Position numbers and translations under genes: made by a program. A DNA stretch of 64,000 nucleotides from Clostridia bacterium (GTDB taxonomy: Bacteria > Bacillota > Clostridia > Christensenellales > QALW01): positions 10,705 to 74,704 of the forward strand of contig JAFVVO010000005.1 in assembly GCA_017502165.1 (NCBI GenBank), written 5' to 3'. This document shows, piece by piece, positions 1 through 6,562 of this stretch. Each line of letters starts with the position of its first letter. Within the stretch, counting starts at the first letter, position 1. A model generated the notes under the pieces. It did no database searches and was not told the DNA's origin. It saw only the letters and a program-made list of their open reading frames with translations.

Positions 1-1260
1 ATCCTTACCAAGTGCAACGGCAACGGGAGATTTATGCTCCTTGAATGCGGGGCTTTCGATAACCTCGCGCAGTGAAACCATTGCAACGCTTTCATTGGGG
101 ATTTCAATGCCGATTGCTGATTTGCCGGGAATGGGCGCCTCAATACGCACGTTGGTTGCCGCCATTGAAAGTGCAATATCGTCAGCTAAGTTAAGAACTC
201 TGCTTACTCTTGTTCCGCGCTCAAGAGAAAGCTCGTATCTTGTAATGGCAGGGCCTACGGTGATATTTTCTACCCAGGCGGTTATGCCGAAGCTCTGAAG
301 GGTTGCTTCCATCATTTCGATTTTCTTTGATTGGTCGGCAACGGTGGTTTTGCGGCCGCTGGGAGGCAAATTAAGTAAATTGGTAGGCGGAGTCTGATAA
401 ACTGCATCGGGTACACGGTTAATTTCCAGTTCTTCATCAACCTCGGGCTCCGTCTTCTTAACCTCTAAAGCCTCTTCACCGCCAAAGTCGTCTTCATCGA
501 CAGGTGTTACCTTACGCTTGGCAGGAGCTTTGCGGGCGGTGGTGACTTCAAATTCATTTACATTTGGTACGTTTTCTTCTTCCTCTTCTGCCCCGAGGTC
601 GTGGTCATAGGTTTTCTTTTTATCTCTTTTTCTGTTAACTGCAGCAAGAGCCATGCTTTCTTTCAGGCGCACACTTTTTTCCTTTACGGTTTGACCGATT
701 ATTTCGCCCGTATCCTTAAGAGAAAGGTTGAAAAGCACGATTAAAGAAATAATTACGATTGCAAGGAATACGAAAAATGCGCCTAAGTCACTTACGAGCA
801 TTGCTACGGGGTAAACGTAAACCGACGCAAAGGCGCCGAAGCCCATATTGGTTTTACCTGCTTCGTATGCCATGGCTACGCCTTCGGAATACGTTGCGGC
901 GCTTTCGGTGGTGCCAACGGGAGTAAACCATGAAAAGCACACGTGGCCGATACCGATAACGGAAAGCACCATAAGAACGGTCATAACCAACTTTCCTGCG
1001 TGAAGCTTGGGCTTTTTAAGAATAATGTTGATGATTCCAAGGGCAATAAGCATTAAGGGAACCACGTATGCGCCCACACCGAAGGTGCCGCGCATTAAGC
1101 CGTCGGCAACGTACGTTTTGAGTACGCTTCCCGATGGAACGAAAAGCGAAATAAACAGAAGTACGCCTATCAAAATCAAAACTACTCCCGTTATTTCGTT
1201 CTGTCTGTTGCTGTTATTCTTTTTAGTCTCTTTTTTTGTATTCTTTTTTCCTTTTGGCAT
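1..1260 (-). CDS. ftsK: DNA translocase FtsK/SpoIIIE, N-terminal part (partial; C-terminus lies beyond the window start)
   Basis: Not in the ORF track because there is no stop in the window. Manual translation from the ATG at 1260-1258 gives MPKGKKNTKKETKK..., several TM helices, an acidic linker, then YQTPPTNLLNLP...LQSFGITAWVENITVGPAITRYELSLERGTRVSRVLNLADDIALSMAA...PIPGKSAIGIEIPN, typical of the FtsK alpha/beta domain start. The frame is open to position 1. Confidence 0.85.
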   Translation of the reverse strand, partial: MPKGKKNTKKETKKNNSNRQNEITGVVLILIGVLLFISLFVPSGSVLKTYVADGLMRGTFGVGAYVVPLMLIALGIINIILKKPKLHAGKLVMTVLMVLSVIGIGHVCFSWFTPVGTTESAATYSEGVAMAYEAGKTNMGFGAFASVYVYPVAMLVSDLGAFFVFLAIVIISLIVLFNLSLKDTGEIIGQTVKEKSVRLKESMALAAVNRKRDKKKTYDHDLGAEEEEENVPNVNEFEVTTARKAPAKRKVTPVDEDDFGGEEALEVKKTEPEVDEELEINRVPDAVYQTPPTNLLNLPPSGRKTTVADQSKKIEMMEATLQSFGITAWVENITVGPAITRYELSLERGTRVSRVLNLADDIALSMAATNVRIEAPIPGKSAIGIEIPNESVAMVSLREVIESPAFKEHKSPVAVALGKD

Positions 1261-1345
1261 TTATAAAACTCTCCGTTTCTTTGCCTTAGTTAATTGCATA
1301 TAGTTATTATATTATTATAACATACTTATTGGGGAAAATAAAGAG

Positions 1346-2611
1346 TTATTTTGTCCTTTTAAGCATTTTTACCAGTTCATCGTCATTTGCCAGCTTGCCT
1401 ACTGCAGAGGCGCACACGTTTTCGTGGGCAAACATTGAATTGATGTTGCGAGTAATATCTTCCTTTGTAACGGAATTTATTTTCTCAAGCACCTGATCAA
1501 CGGTCAATACGTTACCGTTAAGAATAAGCACCTTGCCGTTACGGTGCATTCTTGTTGTGGCGCTTTCGAGACCTAAAACAAAGCTGCCCTTTAGTTGTTC
1601 CCTTGCTTCTGAAAATTCTTTCTCGGTAATGCCTTCTTTAACAAGTTTATCTATTTCGTCTAAAATAAGCTCGTACACCTTAGGCGCCTGAGAGGGATTC
1701 ATTCCTGCATAAATAGTTACCATACCGCTGTTGACGCTTGAAGAAAGATAAGCGTATATGGCGTAGGTCATTCCGTTTTGCTCCCGCACTCTTTGAAACA
1801 GACGGCTGCTCATTCCCCCGCCTAAAATATTGCATATCATATTTTGGGCAAAGTAATCGTCACTTGTCTGCGCCGCGCCCGGATACGCAAGGCAGAGGTT
1901 TACCTGCTCGATATCGCGGTTAATTAAAATCACCTCGTTGGCAGGCTCTTGAAGAGGTGGGCATTTTTCCGGTGCCTTTCTTCCTGCAAGCTTTGAGCCT
2001 ACCTTTTCTTCAAGCATTGCTAAAATTTCCTGCTCATCAAAGTTCCCTGCAACGGAAATTACTATATTTTCAGGCACGTAGGTTTTTGCCATATATTTTT
2101 TAATATCTTCCTTGCTGATGGCATTTACCGAAGGAATTGAGCCTAAAATAGTTGAGCCTAAGGGGTGATTGCCAAAGTAGGCTTTTGCAAGAGCTTCGTG
2201 CGCAACCTCGTCGGGAGTGTCTTCAACCATTGAAATCTCCTCACAAACTACGCCCTTTTCGCGCTGAATATCATTTTCGTCCAATTTAGCATTAAGCAGC
2301 ATATCACTTAAAAGGTCGATGGCTATACCGTAATGCTCGGACAGAATATTAACGTAATAGCAGGTACATTCCTTTGCGGTAAAGGCGTTAAGCTGACCGC
2401 CTAAAGCGTCAATACAGCTTGCTATTTCCTTGGCGGAGCGGTTAAGCGTTCCCTTAAAGAGCATATGCTCAATAAAATGGGAAATGCCGTTGTTGGTTTC
2501 GTCTTCAGCGTAGCAGCCTGCTCCTACCCAGAAGCCTACCGATATTGACCGAAGATGCTCCAGCTTTTCCATGCTCACACGAACACCGTTTGAAAGAGTA
2601 AAAACGTTCAT
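1346..2611 (-). CDS. M16 (pitrilysin/insulinase) family zinc peptidase
   Basis: 421 aa with the inverted zinc motif HFIEHMLFKGT (HxxEH) near the N-terminus. An M16 peptidase downstream of ftsK is a common Firmicutes arrangement. Confidence 0.85.
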   Translation of the reverse strand: MNVFTLSNGVRVSMEKLEHLRSISVGFWVGAGCYAEDETNNGISHFIEHMLFKGTLNRSAKEIASCIDALGGQLNAFTAKECTCYYVNILSEHYGIAIDLLSDMLLNAKLDENDIQREKGVVCEEISMVEDTPDEVAHEALAKAYFGNHPLGSTILGSIPSVNAISKEDIKKYMAKTYVPENIVISVAGNFDEQEILAMLEEKVGSKLAGRKAPEKCPPLQEPANEVILINRDIEQVNLCLAYPGAAQTSDDYFAQNMICNILGGGMSSRLFQRVREQNGMTYAIYAYLSSSVNSGMVTIYAGMNPSQAPKVYELILDEIDKLVKEGITEKEFSEAREQLKGSFVLGLESATTRMHRNGKVLILNGNVLTVDQVLEKINSVTKEDITRNINSMFAHENVCASAVGKLANDDELVKMLKRTK

Positions 2612-2769
2612 TACAAATTCTCCTAATAAATATATTTATATTATATATTATTACCCGAATAAACGCAAATATAATTTACTTAATTCCCCCGTTGTTTCGT
2701 TATTTTCGTGATTTTTTCACAAAGAAAAGGGCAGGTAGAATACCTGCCGAAATAATGCATTATTTTATT

Positions 2770-3468
2770 CTAAATTTTAAGCGCCTGAGAGACGGTTGTA
2801 AAGGTGTAGCCCTGAGCCCGAGCAAGTAAAATTACGTCGGGCAACGCCTCTAACGTAGCTTTTGTAGGGTGCATTAATACAAACACACCGGGCTGAAGAT
2901 TTCTCTCGACGCGCGAGTAGATTTTTTTCGCGTCCTGATCCCGCCAGTCGATAGTGTCTGCCGACCACATAATCGTTATACAACCACACTCAGTCGCATC
3001 GTTTACCACCGATTCGTTGACGTCTCCTGAGGGCGGAGCAAAAAGCGTGGGTGTTTTGCCCGTAATTTCCTTAAGAAGAGAATTGGTGCGCAAAATTTCG
3101 TTTTTGCTTTGCTCCCGAGTCAATTTCGTGTGCAGCTTGTGGTTATAGCCGTGGTTGCCTATTTCGTGACCTGCATTGTAAATTTCCCGAACGCAATCCT
3201 TGCTTTTTGCCGCCCAGCATCCACCTAAAAAGAAGGTGGCTTTTATGTTTTCTTTCTCAAAAAGCTCAAGATATTCTTTTATTATTTCGTCACCCTGATA
3301 GACGTTTATCATCAGAGAAATTGTCTTTTCTTCACCTGCCGCCTTGTACACGGGTCCGTTCCCTGCAAATGCGCTTACGGAAACGTTTTGTTTCAGTGAA
3401 TATCCCCATAAAACACAAAGCATTAAAATAATGATTAAGTTGACCGCGACCGTTTCCTTGAATTTCAT
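2770..3468 (-). CDS. polysaccharide deacetylase (NodB homology domain), secreted or membrane-anchored
   Basis: 232 aa with an N-terminal hydrophobic anchor and NodB-type motifs (TFFLGG, HEIGNHGYNH, LFAPPSG). The terminator hairpin GGCAGGT-attct-ACCTGCC follows at about 2730-2750. Confidence 0.8.
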   Translation of the reverse strand: MKFKETVAVNLIIILMLCVLWGYSLKQNVSVSAFAGNGPVYKAAGEEKTISLMINVYQGDEIIKEYLELFEKENIKATFFLGGCWAAKSKDCVREIYNAGHEIGNHGYNHKLHTKLTREQSKNEILRTNSLLKEITGKTPTLFAPPSGDVNESVVNDATECGCITIMWSADTIDWRDQDAKKIYSRVERNLQPGVFVLMHPTKATLEALPDVILLARAQGYTFTTVSQALKI

Positions 3469-3555
3469 ATTCCGTCCCCCAGTTTGTTTATTTAAGTATA
3501 TTTATCTTACTTCAAGAATATGAAAAAGCACCTGAAAATTTCAAGTGCTTTATTT

Positions 3556-4224
3556 TTAATTTAATTGCCAGGAAATCGGCTCTCTGTCGTTTTTAACTAA
3601 AAATTCATTAGCTTTAGAGAAGTGCTTGCACCCGAAAAAGCCGTTATATGCCGAAAGGGGACTTGGGTGCGCGCAGGAAAGAACAAGGTGCTTTTTGTTG
3701 GTTATAAGTGCTTCTTTTGCCCTTGCGTTAGCGCCCCAAAGCAAAAACACGCAAGGCGGTGCATTGTCGTTAACAAGCTGAATAACTCTATCGGTAAAGG
3801 TTTCCCAGCCCATTCCCTTATGGCTGTTCGCCTGTCCCTGCCTAACGGTTAAAACTGCGTTGAGCATGAGCACTCCGTTTTGCGCCCACGAGGTAAGCTC
3901 ACCGTGATTTGGCTGAATTATGCCTAAATCCGTTTGCATTTCTTTATAAATATTTTTTAATGACGGAGGAATTTCCACGCCCTTTTTAACGGAGAAGCAC
4001 AGTCCGTGTGCCTGGTTTGGTCCGTGGTAGGGGTCCTGTCCTATTATGACTGCTTTTACGCTTTCTAACGGGGTATATTTAAGGGCATTGAAAATATCAT
4101 ACATATTGGGATAAATTACTCTTTGAGAATATTCTTTTTTGAGAAATTCTCTCAGGCGCAGATAATATTCCTTATCAAACTCACCGCAAAGATATTCGTC
4201 CCAGTCGTTACCGATATGAACCAT
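3556..4224 (-). CDS. ung: uracil-DNA glycosylase (family 1)
   Basis: Contains GQDPYHGPNQAHGLCFSV and HPSPLSA, the classic UNG motifs. The start was moved to the ATG at 4224 (MVHIGNDW), which has AAGGA 6 nt upstream; the track start at 4239 is a TTG. Confidence 0.93.
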   Translation of the reverse strand: MVHIGNDWDEYLCGEFDKEYYLRLREFLKKEYSQRVIYPNMYDIFNALKYTPLESVKAVIIGQDPYHGPNQAHGLCFSVKKGVEIPPSLKNIYKEMQTDLGIIQPNHGELTSWAQNGVLMLNAVLTVRQGQANSHKGMGWETFTDRVIQLVNDNAPPCVFLLWGANARAKEALITNKKHLVLSCAHPSPLSAYNGFFGCKHFSKANEFLVKNDREPISWQLN

Positions 4225-4256
4225 AACTTGTCCTTTCAAAAGATGTATTTTTAGTG

Positions 4257-4285
4257 ATTATAGCATATTTTTGATAACGTTTCAA
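4257..4285 (-). promoter_or_regulatory. sigma-A type promoter of ung (TTGAAA-17 bp-TATAAT)
   Basis: On the minus strand, TTGAAA (4285-4280), a 17-bp spacer and TATAAT (4262-4257) sit about 30 nt upstream of the ung ATG. The -35 box directly abuts the last CTTTAC linker of repeat copy C. Confidence 0.6.
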
Positions 4286-4482
4286 TAGTAAAGTTGCGGT
4301 AAGGATCAGTGAAGTTTGGGCTTGCCAAGTGAAGCAGCGGCGATGTCACTGCAAAGCTTTGTGCTTCGCGCAATGTGAAGTTAAGTGTACCATAGGCGCA
4401 CCGCAGGCACTTCACGATGCGAAGCATCACTTCTCTCACCGAAGGTGTGCTTATCGTGCTGTACGGCACACTTAGTTGAAAA
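4286..4482 (-). repeat. structured intergenic module, GTGAAG/CTTCAC family, copy C (minus orientation)
   Basis: The reverse complement begins ttttcAACTAAGTGTGCC and ends AACTTTACtaTTGAAA. It has GAGAAGT/GTGAAGT linkers in the first half and CTTCAC x3 plus CTTTAC in the second, with short GC-rich hairpins between them (CACCttcGGTG, ATGCttcGCAT, TTGGcaagcCCAA and others). It shares ends, centre (ACACTTAACTTCAC) and linkers with copies at 9627-9809 and 9904-10038. Confidence 0.75.
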
Positions 4483-4587
4483 GGTGTCTAAACAGGGGTA
4501 AAAACGAAGAAAAGGTGTCTGTTTTGGCTCCGTGCATATGTTCGACAAATTGTCATTTGTTTAACTGTTAAATAACCAAACTATATT

Positions 4588-5019
4588 TTATTGCCAACGC
4601 CATTTGGAATAGTACCCATTTATAGAATACCAAACGTACTCTGTTTCTTCACCATTTGTAAAAACTCGTATTGCTCCCATTTGTTCCTCTTCAATCTCTG
4701 TAAAACCTCGTGATTCCATATATTCTACAAAAACCTCACCATTTGGCTGAGCAAGTACCACTTTGGGCGATGCTTGAATTTCAACATACTCCTTGTCTAA
4801 AACAGATATTTGAAAATAACCACTTACAACAGAAAATGGATTTCCTGTATTAAATGTAGCATATGATATAAAACAACTTCCCAAAAGAATAATAATTAGA
4901 ACTGCGGAAACAAGTGTAGTAATTATAATTCTACGACTTCTTTTCTTGCTTTTTTTGATTTCATTATTGGCATACTCGATTGTATCTTTAATAACAGATT
5001 CCGCATCATTCCTGTTCAT
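4588..5019 (-). CDS. hypothetical single-pass membrane protein (partner of the upstream XRE regulator)
   Basis: The ATG at 5019 (MNRNDAES) has GGAGGTG 7 nt upstream. There is one TM helix (IIITTLVSAVLIIILLGSCFI) followed by a ~85-aa extracytoplasmic domain. It overlaps the upstream HTH gene by 14 nt. The region is AT-rich. Confidence 0.6.
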   Translation of the reverse strand: MNRNDAESVIKDTIEYANNEIKKSKKRSRRIIITTLVSAVLIIILLGSCFISYATFNTGNPFSVVSGYFQISVLDKEYVEIQASPKVVLAQPNGEVFVEYMESRGFTEIEEEQMGAIRVFTNGEETEYVWYSINGYYSKWRWQ

Positions 5020-5230
5020 TATCTTCACCTCCAGTTAATAAATCATATAAACTAATTTCCAACACTTTTGAAATGGGAATCAGCATTGATATATCGGGAA
5101 AAGATATGCCACGCTCCCATTTGCTGATAGCTTTATCGGTAATGTTTAATTTATCTGACAGCTCTTTTTGCGACATGCCTTGTTTTTTTCGATTCTCACA
5201 AATGAATTTGCCAGTTTTCTTAGCATCCAT
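5006..5230 (-). CDS. XRE-family helix-turn-helix transcriptional regulator
   Basis: MSQKELSDKLNITDKAISKWERGISFPDISMLIPISKVLEISLYDLL is a canonical Cro/C1 HTH. The start was set at the ATG at 5230 (MDAKKTGKF), which follows GAGAGGAGGG. Confidence 0.8.
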   Translation of the reverse strand: MDAKKTGKFICENRKKQGMSQKELSDKLNITDKAISKWERGISFPDISMLIPISKVLEISLYDLLTGGEDNEQE

Positions 5231-5336
5231 CTTTTCCCTCCTCTCTAACATGATTATATTACAGTTATAAAAGGGAGTAAACCGACTGTTGGTTTACTTC
5301 TTTCATATCAAAGACAAATTCTTATTTATCGGTTAG

Positions 5337-5365
5337 ATTATACCATACAACCACAAACAAATCAA
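5337..5365 (-). promoter_or_regulatory. sigma-A type promoter (TTGATT-17 bp-TGgTATAAT) for the XRE/membrane gene pair
   Basis: On the minus strand, TTGATT (5365-5360), a 17-bp spacer and TATAAT (5342-5337) with an extended -10 TG. The -35 box overlaps the 3' arm of the last hairpin of the module at 5363-5540. Confidence 0.55.
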
Positions 5366-5540
5366 GGCGTAGCCTTGTATTTCATCCGCAACTTGTTGCG
5401 GTATATCATCAGCCCGCAGGGCTGTATATCATCAAGCCGCGAAAAATGCACGCTATCGCGTGATGAGATGCAAGGGCGGTAAGCCGCCCTTGATGATATA
5501 CACGACTGCGTCGTGATGATATGCCAAGCCTGCGGCTTGG
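5363..5540 (-). repeat. structured intergenic module, ATATCATCA/TGATGATAT family
   Basis: Plus-strand layout: CAAGGC-gta-GCCTTG, CCGCAA-cttg-TTGCGG, TATATCATCA, GCCC-gca-GGGC, TATATCATCA, central CGCGA-13nt-TCGCG, TGATGAGAT, CAAGGGCGG-taag-CCGCCCTTG, TGATGATAT, ACGAC-tgc-GTCGT, TGATGATAT, CCAAGCC-tgc-GGCTTGG. The linker orientation flips at the centre. Confidence 0.75.
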
Positions 5541-5549
5541 ATAAACAAA

Positions 5550-5583
5550 AACAGAACATTTGTCGGTAGACAAATGTTCTGTT
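5550..5583 (-). terminator. intrinsic terminator downstream of tRNA-Trp
   Basis: Minus-strand hairpin AACAGAACATTTGTC-tacc-GACAAATGTTCTGTT followed by TTTTGTTT. A-runs on the other side make it potentially bidirectional. Confidence 0.8.
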
Positions 5584-5588
5584 TTTGT

Positions 5589-5663
5589 TGGCAGGGGAGA
5601 CGCGATTCGAACACGCAACCTACGGTTTTGGAGACCGCTACTCTACCGTTGAGCCACTCCCCT
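5589..5663 (-). tRNA. tRNA-Trp (anticodon CCA)
   Basis: The reverse complement is AGGGGAGTGGCTCAACGGTAGAGTAGCGGTCTCCAAAACCGTAGGTTGCGTGTTCGAATCGCGTCTCCCCTGCCA. It has a 7-bp acceptor stem, anticodon stem GCGGT/ACCGT with loop CTCCAAA, T-loop TTCGAAT and an encoded CCA end. Confidence 0.93.
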
Positions 5664-5675
5664 ATTACTTGGACA

Positions 5676-5704
5676 ATTATACAACAAAGTTTATTTTGAG
5701 TCAA
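5676..5704 (-). promoter_or_regulatory. sigma-A type promoter of tRNA-Trp (TTGACT-17 bp-TATAAT)
   Basis: On the minus strand, TTGACT (5704-5699), a 17-bp spacer and TATAAT (5681-5676), 12 nt upstream of the mature tRNA 5' end. Confidence 0.65.
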
Positions 5705-5723
5705 GTATTATTTTGCGTTTTGC

Positions 5724-5761
5724 AAAAAATTGCATTGAACTGCTTTTCGGCAGTTCAATGC
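5724..5761 (-). terminator. intrinsic terminator of the membrane-protein operon
   Basis: Minus-strand hairpin GCATTGAACTGC-cgaaaa-GCAGTTCAATGC followed by AATTTTTT, immediately after the stop at 5768. Confidence 0.8.
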
Positions 5762-5767
5762 TTAATT

Positions 5768-6550
5768 TTACCGTGAGATTTCTTTCTTTTTACGCAATGC
5801 TTTTATGCCGTTAACAAGTGTAAACAGAAGAATAACCGTGGCATAAAGTGAGCAGAATATGATCTCTTGAGCAAAGTTCTTATCCCAGGATTCCAAAACG
5901 AATGCAACGACGCACAAGGATGCCGCTGAGCATGCGAACAGAAAAATACTTTTATTTATTTTAGTTCTTGTGCTTATTAAATAAATTCCTGCAATGGCGC
6001 CTACGTTCAGAAGCACGTATAAAACCAGCATAGTGGTATTATTGGTATTCATTCCATCATAAATAAGAAAGTAGTTAAATAGCCAAAGCAGAGCAATTAT
6101 AAGACCAAACAGACAGGAAATTCCCAGGCTTTTTGCGAGGCTTTTAGCCGATTTATAATTGGGCAAGGATTCACGCTCAATTTCAAGAGAGCAAAATGCC
6201 TTATGCACAATGCAGATGGCAAGCATTGAAAGGGCGCAGTAAACGTATAATACCAATGGATAGGTAATAATATAAAATTCACGCATCACGAATATTGAGT
6301 ATGCAAGCTTAAAAGAGACGTCAACCATAATAGCGTAAAAGCCTATCATCACGTCTTTCTCTTTTGATTCAATAATGAATATGGCGATGATAATTGCTAC
6401 CGCAAGTGATATTAAAAATGCCGTCAGCTCATAATCCGCATACCTATCCTGAATTTGTGATAGCAGCATTACTATCACGTCATCAAAAAACATTATCAGT
6501 CCCAGAACGATGGGAAGTCCGACCGTTTTTAATAGCTTTTTCGTATCCAT
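5768..6550 (-). CDS. hypothetical polytopic membrane protein
   Basis: 260 aa with about 7-8 predicted hydrophobic helices and no recognisable motif. It is the last gene of the DUF2975/HTH operon. Confidence 0.55.
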   Translation of the reverse strand: MDTKKLLKTVGLPIVLGLIMFFDDVIVMLLSQIQDRYADYELTAFLISLAVAIIIAIFIIESKEKDVMIGFYAIMVDVSFKLAYSIFVMREFYIITYPLVLYVYCALSMLAICIVHKAFCSLEIERESLPNYKSAKSLAKSLGISCLFGLIIALLWLFNYFLIYDGMNTNNTTMLVLYVLLNVGAIAGIYLISTRTKINKSIFLFACSAASLCVVAFVLESWDKNFAQEIIFCSLYATVILLFTLVNGIKALRKKKEISR

Positions 6551-6562
6551 AATTCTTCTCTG

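Noticed and set aside
4251-4469. 72-aa minus-strand ORF upstream of ung
   Set aside because: It lies entirely inside repeat copy C and the ung promoter. It has no SD, and its sequence mirrors the artefactual ORFs in copies A and B.
5362-5704. Three overlapping minus-strand ORFs (65, 69 and 83 aa) across the tRNA-Trp gene and the hairpin module
   Set aside because: They run through a tRNA gene, its terminator and GC-rich palindromes. All three frames are open simply because the region lacks stop codons. There is no SD, and the translations are low-complexity Arg/Ser/Cys-rich.
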